Shown: positions 12,301-24,300 of the stretch, in pieces
How positions within the stretch are numbered: the first letter of the stretch is position 1
Layout: each line of letters opens with the position of its first letter
Origin: Phoronis australis
Lineage: Eukaryota > Animalia > Phoronida
DNA: 64,000 nt
Assembly: GCA_002633005.1 (NCBI GenBank)
Contig: NMRA01000150.1
Coordinates: 763,486 to 827,485 of the forward strand
Reading direction: 5' to 3'
The notes under the pieces: model-generated
Told to the model about the DNA's origin: nothing
The model's database searches: none
Seen by the model: the letters and a program-made list of their open reading frames with translations, nothing else
Position numbers and translations under genes: made by a program

Positions 12301-15300
12301 AGCAGCATATGACTTGAATCGTTTTGAGCCCAAAACAGACTCTGAACTAGACCAGAGTGTGACTAGGTCTTCTTTAGCTTCAGTCCCTCATGTTTCTTAC
12401 AGGAAAGGAAACAAGCTATTGTCCACACATGACTCATTGCCTATGAAAGGGCATCCTCACCAACAAGGCTTATTTGTATAGCAGTCAGATATTGTTCGTC
12501 TGGATACACAGACAGTCCACTGGCACATTGTCTTATGATAAGTTAGTACTGCGATTCACATTTCTCCAGGGCCACTGATTTGCACATTGTTCCATGCAGC
12601 ACTGCTGGTGTGTGGAAGTGCTGTGGGAAGAGAACAGAGTAACAAAGCTTGTTTATGATACAGCTTGAAGTGGCCTTAAAATGTCACTGAACATGGAACA
12701 AATATTGAAATATGAATAATTAAGTACTCCAGATTGGATCAAAAATGTTATCCCTGTTTTTCAAAAATATATGGTGATTGCTCTAAAGTTTCACATAACA
12801 TTAAATAATTACTATTTTCAGAAACCAATGGTGTATATAATGAGTATTGCATAAAACTGTGTCTTTATTTTTTATCCCTAGCCACAACAATTCTTTAAAC
12901 ACATCACTTGTCTGCAAAATATACAAACCTTTGTTACCCATTTTCAAGCCTTTTTAATTTTGATACTTTCAGCAATTTTAAACTCAGATTACAGGTTCAT
13001 GGGTCTGTCAAGCATACTTCTAGACTAAGGTTGAGGGAACCGTTTCTCAGACTTTTAATACTTCTTCTAATAGAAGATATGAAGACTTGGGTCATTTAAA
13101 AATGATGGATAATCTTTCTGTTGTTTAAGAGTAATTACAAATCGTAAGGCACCATCAAAAATGCAATTTTCACAAAAATGGCAGTCATTTGAATTTATAA
13201 CGACTTGCAACATTTAAAGGCATGAGTTAAGACTATTCAGTCACTGTGAATTCAGAAAATGTAATATATTTTCGTGGTTTTACAATTGATACAAGTAGCA
13301 AAACAGTTTCATGAAATCAACTTGAAGGGACTTCATGAAGGTTACGAATTACCTCACCATGCTCTTTTCCCCAAACATGTATTACCTGTTATTTCCACAC
13401 ATTCAGTTGTACCAAATATTACAATCCCCCATGCCAATCCCCGGGCCTCTCGGGACCTGAATAAGTAATTTAACAAAATGACTTTAAAAATAGCTGTTCC
13501 TTTTCAAAGGCTTTGTTCGTTGTCTCCATTATTGAAAGTAGGCTTTGACAACAGATCTGCACTGGACGGGAGGATCTTCTTGGTTAGCTGCAGTCAAATG
13601 CTAAAAACCAATTTTTGTCCATTCAGGGACGGTGCAGAAGCGATGCATATCTATTCTGCACGGTACAAGCCTTCAAACCTAAAAACCAAAGGTTACGTGA
13701 AAACTGACGTGATAGATTTCCATTTCAACGTGTAATAGATTTCCAGAAGACACATGATAGGGAGTAAGCAAATAGTCTAATGCAATGGATATTTATCACT
13801 CACGCACCCTTTGCCATTGGGATTGGATTGTAATCTTCATTAACCTGTATCGAGTTGACAGCATAAACATTCAGCATTGATTGATATAACTGTCACTGAT
13901 AAACTCTTAGAAATCATTCCAAACAATAATAATGCTTTGATGTACGAAAAGATCCCGATTGCTACGTCAAGTGTCGTATCACATATCACAACCTACAAAG
14001 ATTAACCANCCCTCTAGTTATTGTAGATTTTCCGAATAGCCCCATTGCTTTTCATTCCACTCACCACAGTTTCAGTCTTAATTTAATTACGTTTACTTTT
14101 ATTTTGAAGTTTAATTTCCTGTAACATTTGCATCTTTGTTTAGTTGTTCCTATAAATTTTGAGTGCTTGTTGATAATTCATAATTTGGACAAGTAGTAGA
14201 CAAGGGATCAGTTGTGTCAGTCTAGACTCTAAATCTGGTGACTGTACATGAAGCATTAACTGACAGCATGCTTATGATTAAACTTGAGATAGTAGAGCTG
14301 CATTTATATAGTACAACAGGTAAGGGTTGAAATTTGGAAAACTTCTGAGGAAAAATCAAATCATTTAGTTATGAGATTAACATCTCAACAAATAAGACAC
14401 CTTTGCTTTAACAATTCATCCAATTTTGAGATTGAAACTTTTCATGCTTATTCATACAGTCTTGTATTGGATAGAACGAGTTCCTTTTTAATTTTATTTC
14501 TGTCATGTGACTTTTCCTTAAAAGAGTGATGATACATTTAGGAACAATCTTACCTAACAAAGAGTGCAAGATTGACAACTTTGGACAAACTTATTCTGGT
14601 CTAGTTAAGACCACTCAAGGCAACAACCATTGTCAGCGCTGGGACTCACAGACTCCAAATACGCATGGTATAATCACAGAAAAGCTACCAGATGATACAC
14701 TACAAAGTGCTGCCGACTATTGTAGAAACCCCAACAGAAGCCTAAGTGGACCGTGGTGTTACCATGCTACTGGGAGTGGTAGATGGAGTCACTGTGACGT
14801 TTACAGATGTCCTGTTTGTAAGTATTGTAAAAGTTGCTCTAGTTTCTTACAGTTAGTGCAAACATTGCGTTGGGTAAGCCTGCTATACAGTCTAGATGTG
14901 GCTGTACACCCTCACATTCCTCTGTTTCTTACAGTGAGTACAAACATTGCATTGGGTAAGCCTGCTATACAGTAGTCTACATATAGCTGCACACCCTCAC
15001 GCTCTTGTGTTTCTTACAGTGAGTACAAACATTGCATTGGGTAAGCCTGCTATACAGTAGTCTACATATAGCTGCACACCCTCACACTCTTGTGTTTCTT
15101 ACAGTGAGTACAAACATTGCATTGGGTAAACCTGCTATACAGTCATCAACTCGTGCTGAAGGAAGTGCTGCATCACTTGCTGTTGATGGAAACAAAAACA
15201 CAGACTTTGAAGGTGGTAACAGCTGTTCACGCACCACAGGCAGATCAAACGATTGGTGGAGAGTTGACCTGGAGAATGTTTATGCCGTGTACATGGTCGA

Positions 15301-18300
15301 TGTAACCAACAGACAGCATCTAGTCAACTGTATGTGATTTATAGTTGTATCTTGTTGAAATAAAGTGCTTTTTCAAATTTCTTTAACAAAAGTTTAAGTT
15401 TCTTCACAAGATGTTCTTTATACGTATCTGGACTTTTCTATAATGGAGGAAAACGTTTCTCTGACACATGCAATATGCAAATTCTGACATAAATGACAAT
15501 TATACCAGTTAAAGTTTTGTTGGACCTGTACGTTGTTTTCCAACTTTCTGCCTTGATTCATATCAAATTTTGCAGCTCCTCAGTAAACTTGTTATCATTT
15601 CCAGGTTCATCAATTAAATTAGTTAACCTGTCAATAATTTGTATCTGATAAGTTTTTATTACTCTTTCAGCTACAACTCTGACTAACTTTGATATCCGTG
15701 TGTCCTCCAGTGATCAGTTGTCATCTAGCGCACCCTTGTGTCACCACTTTGTTGGTACTGTTGGTGCAGGTGTAACTCAACGGATCAACTGTGACAATGC
15801 TGTATATGGCAGATACCTGTTTATACAACAACGTGGAACAGAGCCTCTTGTTATGTGCGAGGTAGAAGTATATGGCACACTTGTCCCAAGTAAGTAGCTG
15901 TTTCTCACAATTATACTACTGCTTTGTTTTGCTGGGATGTTGTTTGTATGGGTTTGTATATTGCATACATTGATATAATAGCCACAGTTGTCTTCATGAC
16001 ATTCAGGTAACTTTTATATTCTGCCAAGGGTGAAGGGCAACTGTTGGTGTCTGTCCAAACATATAATGTCCGTCAGCTTGTGGGTCTGTGTGCCGTTTGT
16101 GTATACGTGCAGAAAATTTTCTGTGTTAACCTCTACATTTTTCAAGGTACTTGAGCTAAACATTAAAATTGTAACAAAACGCTGTACCGTATATTGTCGG
16201 CATTTTACAATTTTGACTTATTTTCTTGTTCTCGATTTTCACTCATACATGTAGGTAAATGGTTTTTCTGTACGCAACTGAAGCTTTGGCAGAAGATATT
16301 GCTGGCTGACTGCCTCGTCTTGTCTTTCTAATTATTGCTCTACAGAAGAGTGATTTCTGATACTTCTCAAGAAAAATTTTGATGCTGGCTTCAGTTGTAA
16401 ACAATCTACATACAACTTGTTTTCTTAACTCAACTTCTAGTTCTGCTGTGCAAGTCATGCCGATTTGATGAAACATAATTTCTTTAACTCGCGATATTTT
16501 GAAACTTTGTAGAATACTTTTTGCATGGTTGCAAAAAAGTCATAAAAATGCTAAAAAATACCAAACTCGTCCATTCATGAATCCACAATCATCTTTTCAG
16601 CCAGTACCATAAACCCTTTGCAAAGCTGTGTTTAGTTACACAATACCACTGGGACAGCTGTGTTGCTACTAGTGGTAATTTTGATTATTTTTTACTCTGA
16701 TTTTGTTGTCTGTTTCTGTATCTGCCAAACCATACAGAAGATCATTATTAAAATTGGTAAATATGCTCCTAGTTACTTTTGAAATGTTTGACTTTTGAAA
16801 TTGAATTCCCAGTAAGATGTTGTTATAATCATTTCTGCTTGAAGAAATATGATAAAAATTAGCCAAAATAGATATGATAGTTTTCGGTTCTCTGGTATCC
16901 ATTGATGAATGGTTTTAGCAACTATTTGAACCATGGTAGATAAATTGGCCTATGAGTACTGATGAGCAAAACAGTGAGATTGATATCTAGATTGAGCCTC
17001 GATTTAGAAACCGCTATCTCCTGACATTGAAAACTAACAAGAGCGAGTTTTTGTGATGCGCTTGACTTATAAAATATCTATGAATGAAATGTTCATGATA
17101 ACAACGATGACGATGGCAGCAAGGAGCAACAAGAACTGCTACAATCATTATTATTGCCTGGATTATTGTTTTGTTATCATTAGTTTTATTGTTATTATTA
17201 TCCTCTCTACGTTTCAGACTATTTTGGGGGTCCAACTAATGTCAATGAGATGAAAACTCCAGGTGCCTGTCTGTCAATATTCACCGACCTCCGTGTTGAC
17301 TCAGATGGATTCCTGATTGGTTGGAAGTTTAATGCTGCGCAGCCTGGCACTGTGTGGGCTGACATCTGGCGGCAGAAAGAAAACTCAGACGAGTTTACCT
17401 TGGTTCATAAAGCTCAAATAATCGTGACATATTCAGGTATTTTTATGCACCCATGTATTTATATGTGGACGCATTATACCCTCATCCCTGTCTGTCCGTC
17501 CTGAGCCGTCTTGTGTCCAGCGTCTGCTGCTCTATCTCCAAAACTTTTAAACGTGCATTCATGAAATTTTGCACACTCGTTTCTTTTATGAATGGGATGT
17601 TATGAGCGAACTTTCGGATGGATGCGACTACCGGTGTGCCCCCTAGTGGCAATTTTGATTTTTTACGTTTATCTCTGTATCTCTAAAGGTCCTCAACGGA
17701 TTTTCATTAAATTTGGTGTATGGGCATCTATTAGTGAGAAGACGCTATCGTCTCGATTTTGGATGGATTCGATGTAGTCTGTGCTACCTAGTGGCCATTT
17801 TTAATGTTTTGAGTCTGTTTTTGGTGTCCACTCCTCCATCAACCAAACCGCTCTAAGGATGATTGTGAAAATTGACATATATGTTTTTACTATGAAGTGG
17901 ACGGCTGACAATGATTTTCTGATGACTTTGACTACTGTGGCGCCTCCTAGTAGCAGTTTTTTTGCACTCATGGCTGTATGTCCTAAACCGTTTACAGGAT
18001 CTTTACTTAATTTAGCAAGTGTAATTATATGATGTTGACAACGGACGGCGATGACTTTAAAACGGATCTGACTACTGGTGTGCCCCTTAGTGGCAATTTT
18101 AGTTTTTTACGTTGAGTCTGTATCTTCGAAGGTCCTCTACTGATTTTCATAAAATTTTAAATATAGGCATCTATTGGTGAGATAATGCTATCTTCCTGTT
18201 TTTGGATGGAATCGAGGTATTTCGCGCCACCTAGTGGCGTTTTTTTTGCTATTTTCAACTCTTGTTTTTGGGGTCAACCCCCCTTATCAACCAAATCATT

Positions 18301-21300
18301 CTAGGGATGGTTTTGAATATTGGCGTATATGTTCTAAGTGTGAAGAGGACATTCGATGGCGGTGACTGACTACTTTGGTGCCTCTTGAAAATAAGTTTGG
18401 GATCTCATCATCCTGTCTAACTTTGGTTCTTACCTGTATTCCAGGTCACAACATGTTCTAGTCGATGACTCACTTTCACATGTCAAACAATTAATGTCAT
18501 GAGTGCCTCAATGTTTTTGTGTTGGTCTGGTGCTTTTCACAGGAAGTGCAATTGGGATATTTATTTCCTTGTTTGTATTTAGACTTATAGTTGACACAAA
18601 GCAAGATGACTGGGTGCAATTAACCCTACCTCAGATAAGAAAGACAAAAGTGATTACCACATTGTCAATTTCTTCCTTGTCAGTTCTGTTTACACACATA
18701 CTTGCACGTTTTCCCGTTCAGTGATTTTACCAGATGTAGGGGGTTCTGAGCCTGTGATAACTTCTACCTTCTTTGTTAACTACCAAGCACACTCCTTTGT
18801 CTGGTATGACAACAGGCAGGCCAATTATCTACTAGGCTTACTATAGACCAGGTGTGAACACAGTCAAACTCCAGTGAATTCGTGTATTCGGAAAGAATAG
18901 ATTGTCGTAACTTCGGTTGCAGTTGAGCGAGTTTGGCGATTGAAAAACTAAAAATGATCACCATTTTACGAAGATTTCAGAAATGCTATTGGTTTACGTT
19001 CAAGTGTGTTATAACTTAACTTTTATTTTTAACTACACAGCCCAGTCAGGGTAGATATGATCTTATTGGAGATTGTAGCAATTATCGAACAAAAGAGAGC
19101 TGGCCCTCCAACCATGAATGCCAGAATGGAGTTAATCAGTCGTGTAAGATATTGGCGACGGGTAAATTTCCCAACTTGTTGTTGGGCTATAGAATCGAAC
19201 AAGTTGGGAGCAACGGGAAAACGCCGTAATGTGGAGATCATTTCATGTCATGTATAAATGCAACATTTGACATAAATAGGTATCATCAGGGATCACAGAC
19301 ATGACCTGACAGTGCATGTGGAACTCTGAATTCTAAGGGCTGTTGTGTTTGCACAAGGCATCTTGTTCCTTCATTCCCATTCAAAACAGTGAATTTCCTG
19401 CCATTATGATTTGGCTAAACGTCCATGTAATTAAGCCTAATAATTATGTATCTGTACTCAAATGTATGTAAAGAGCGTGCCATATTGATATGTTGTGACT
19501 CTTCTAGAAAGATTTTATTCTTTCATTAGTACTGGTTAATATATGGTATGTGTCTTTTTGTTGTGTATTTTCAGGTGAACAAGAGATGCGTCTGACTAAT
19601 GCTGTTCAAGTAAAGCAAGGTGATGTCATGGGGTATCACTACGCCAGTAATACAGGATCCATTGTGATCCGTGTCAAAGATGGCGGTGACAGTTGCTGTA
19701 GTCATGTGACCCCCGGCACCATGTATGACAAGGAATTGTTTGATGGATCGCTCACAAACGGCCAGACTTACACTGTGCCTATCAATTCAACATCACGCGT
19801 GCCTGCCATGCAGGCTTTAGTTGATTCAAAAAGTAGGTTATTTTGTAAAGTGCCATTCAAACTGCATGTCATTTCAGATATATCGTTTCCGCGGCCTTCA
19901 TTATTCAAAATTTCCATTAGAGCCTCCAGCTGAAACTGTGCCTGTTTTCAGTCGAAAGAACACCTATCAAACAAAATTTTGAACATTTAATTGAAGCATT
20001 TTTTTTATTGATTGAAGTCCGTTTTTATGCACCCACATATTTATATGTGGATGCATCATGCCGTCATCTCCGTCCGTCCGGGCGGCGTCCATCCGGGCGG
20101 CGTCCGCTGCTCTATCTTGAAAACCCTTTTACATGCGTTCATGAAATTTGGCATATATGTTCCATCTATGAATGGAACGGCATGAGCGAACTTTCGGACA
20201 GATCCGATAACCGGTATGCCACCTAGTGGCAATTTTAGTTTTTTACGCTTACCTTTGTATCTTCAAAAGTCCGGAACGGATTTTCATGAAATTTGGTATG
20301 TAGGCAGCTATTAGTGAGATGAGGCTGTCCTCTCGTTTTTGGATGGATTCGACGTAGTTTGCGCCACCTAGTGGCCATTTTTACTGTTTTCAAGTCTGTT
20401 TTTTTGCGTCCACCCCTCTATCAACCAAACCGCTCAAAGGATGATTGTGAAAATTGGCATGTATGTGCTTACTATGAAGAGGACATTTGTCGATGATTTT
20501 CCGACGATTTCGACTACTGTGGCACCTCCTAGTGGAAGTTTTGTTTTGGTTTGCGCCCATGGCTGTATCTCCTAAACTGTTTGCAGGATCTGTACAAAAT
20601 TTAGTAAGTATATTTATATGATGTTAACAACGGACGATGACGACTTGGACAGATCTGACTACCGGTGTGTCCCCTAGTGGCAATTTTATTTTTTTTGCAT
20701 TTACCTTTGTATCTTCAAAGGTCCTGAACAGATTTTCATGAAATTTAATATGTAGGCACCTATTAGTGAGATGACGCTATCCGCTTGTTTTCGGATGGAT
20801 TCGACGTAGTTTGCGCCACCTAGTGGCCATTTTTACTGTTTTTGAGTCTGTTTTTTTTGCGTCCACCCCTCTATCAACCAAACCGCTCAAAGGGTGATTG
20901 TGAAAATTGGCATGTATGTTCTTACTATAAAGAGGACGGTTGACGATGATTTTCCGATGATTTTGACTACTCTGGCGCCTCCTAGTGGCAGTTTTGTTTT
21001 TGTTGCGCTCAAATATATGCATCTATTGGTGTGATGATGCTATCTGCCTGTTTTTGGATGGAATCGAGGTATTTTGCACCACCTAGTGGCCACTTTTGCT
21101 GTTTTCAAATCTTGTTTTTGGTGTCCATCCCTGTATCAACCAAATCATTTGAAAATTGGCATATATGCTCTCAGTGTGAAGACGACCTTTGATGATGGTG
21201 ACTGACTACTGTGGTGCCTCCTAGTGGTAGTTTTGTTTTGTGCCCGTAGTTGTATCTCTTAAACTCACTGCAGGATCTTTACTAAAGTTAGTAAGTGTAT

Positions 21301-24300
21301 TTATATGAAGATAACAATAGACGACGACAACTTTCATTTTATTCTGTTTTCCTTTGTTTCTCTGAAGTTCCTTGACAGATTTTTATGAAATGTGGCATGT
21401 TCCTGTTATTGGATGGATTGTATGTTTTTGCACCATCTAGTGGCCATTTTTATGATACAAATAAATAACCCTAAAAGCACACCATTTGCGATGCATTCGT
21501 GGACGCATTTCAATGCTCCGCGTTGCTCTTGTTCTGTTTTCCTTCAATTGTTTCTTTGAAGTTCCTTGACAGATTTTTATGAAATATGGCATGTTCTTGT
21601 TTTTGGATGGATTGTATGTTTTTGCGCCATCTAGTGGCCATTTTTATGATACAAATAAATAACCCTAAAAGCACACCGTTTTCAATGCATTCGTGGGCGC
21701 ATTTCAACATTTTACGTTGCTCTTATTAAATATTCATATTTGCATTGTTTATGATTAGGCAAACATGGCTGCCACATATCTTACAGGTCATAGTCATGTT
21801 TTAATGCTGAAACATTTCAGAAGAAAATTTGCATTTAATCAAACAGCCTCTTTCCATTCACCAACAATTTTGTTCTTCAAATTGTGTCCATTACCTTGAA
21901 TTTATGTTTAACCCGTGCCTTCCATTAACAAACTCATGAGCTTCTGAAGGTTCAGGTCATGCCCTGTTCGAAATCAAAACTTGTTTTTGACAGAAAGTTC
22001 ACGTTTAATTTTTCTTCAAGTAATTAAGGGTATTTGCATTTCAAAATTAATTGTTGTTAACATCTTCCTGGCTACGAGTCGGTGGATTAAACATTTCCAA
22101 ACTGTGTTCTGTGTCTCCATTGAATTCATTTACAGTTCAAAACTGATTGCAAACTATAAAGAACTTGGGTACAATGAATAGATTTGCCACCATTTTGAAC
22201 TACTTTAAACATTTCCCCCTCAAGTGGTCGCCACGCATGGCATGCGTCTTGTCTGAAAAGTTTTTATAGGAAAAAATCTGAAAACAAGGGTTCTTATTGT
22301 TGCTTTGAGTAATGAATGTTTTGGATTAATTTTCCCAGTTTTTTTATGCAAAGTATTGTTTGAACATGATTTCTAACTAGATATTGTTGTTAATTGTTTG
22401 TGTAATTGAGATCTTCTGTTTACGAACAAGGTTATTGTTCATGATACCACTGTGAGCCGAGCTTATGTGATAAAACATGATTTGAAATCTGTCATTTGAG
22501 GAATGTATTTTTCAGATCACTGGTGGCATTCTTCAACATTGGCTCAGTCTGACAGCAATGTGACCTTGACCTTCCAGGCTTGGCCCTCGGTTAACAAACA
22601 TTTACCCATCGCCTCAAAGTTTGTTGTACTGTATAAACTGAATACATCAACATCATGGAGTCAAGTAGTAGGGGACATAACTCCTAGCTTATTGTCCAAT
22701 GGTGTTGTGCAACGTGAAGTAGAACTAACAACTGCAGGGTTATACAAGTTCAAAGGTCAAGTAGTTTATGCAGATGGGATTATTGAGTGGACTTCAGCTA
22801 AAAGTATAATGTTTTGTACAAGTAAGTTGTCTTCTACAGAACTTACCTTTACTCTCTCTGTCTTGCTTGTTTTGTGCTCTAGTTACTCCACATATTTTTG
22901 CGACAGTGAGTGCCACTGGGAAATTAGAATGCACGCGCTTTCAGAGAGTAAGCATAATTAAAGGGCACCCATTTGTTTGGAGACACGACTCTTACCTAGT
23001 TCTTCTTTTCATAATCCTTTTGTATGGATTAAAATCCTATAAAATGATCATTTATTTATAATTGAAGTAATAACATTTATATTTGTTTCGTTTCAACACA
23101 TCAAGTCACAATAAAACTGTAACTTTTTCAATACAGATCTGTTGGAAATGTGGACCTTTTTAGAGTTCAAACCCAGAACCTAAGATTTTTAGGGAATTCT
23201 ATCAGAAATGGTGTTCTTTTGGGGGCGAAACTGGTTGTATGTGAGCAAAATGTCCCGTATATGCCCCCCCCCCTCGCCGAGGCTTTTCTTTTGCTTTCTT
23301 GAAAGTTTGTATACAGCCAGGCCTGGCCAGATGTTTCTGTGTAATTATGAATTTGAACAAAGCTCATTAATAAAATGCTCTGTTTTATAACAACTGAATA
23401 TTAAACTCTTGAACAATAGAATTGCTGTTACCATTGTGTATTCTGTCAGTTCAATGCCTGTGTTCATAAGGCAGGTTTTTTGATTTAGGAATTAAAATAC
23501 GTAAAAGGTCAGGATTTTGAGTTGGTGGGGCAGGGCACAGGAATGACCAGCTTAAAGTGTAGGAATGCCGGGATCTCGAATTTTTGGGTTTGCGGACCTT
23601 TTGACAAAAAAAAACGGTAAACGGAGTTCGTTCAGGGCCTATGCATTGTTTATTCACCCCCCCCCCCCCGAACCCCCTGGTTGCACGCATGTGCTAGTCA
23701 GCAATTGGCACCCAAACTGCCAAATGGTATCTGGTAGAATTTTAGGAGGGCCATGGCCCCCTTTGCCCCTCACCCCCTAAATCTGCCACTGAAGGTTACC
23801 TTGATCGGCTTTAAGTTCATCACTGAGTGATAAGATTGTACTTTGTTTTGTAGAATGATTGCAAAAACTTAGTTCATTTGGAAAGTTAACCACTGCTTAA
23901 TTTGTTCACTTGTTTTTCCTTAGCACCCTCTCCTGTACAAAACTTGACTGGTACATCAGCACGACAAGGTAGTTCTACAAAAGCCACTCTAACACTTACT
24001 TGGGATGTAAGTATTACTTTGGTGAAACTTTACTTTACAAAACATCTGTGTTACTTCAAGAGTCACTGATAGCTCACTAAACTCATACATATATACAGCA
24101 TGCATTATTGTTGACTTAAACAAAAAGCATTCAACTAATTACAGTAATTATGTCCATTTTTCGTTTTCCAAATACTTCAGTTTTTCCATTTCAGGATCCA
24201 ACTTCAGTAAACTGTAACTCAATTCTGGAGTATCGCATTGTATTTAAAAAGAACTCTGACACTTCATGGGGTCAAGCACAGACAACTCAGTCCAGATCTC

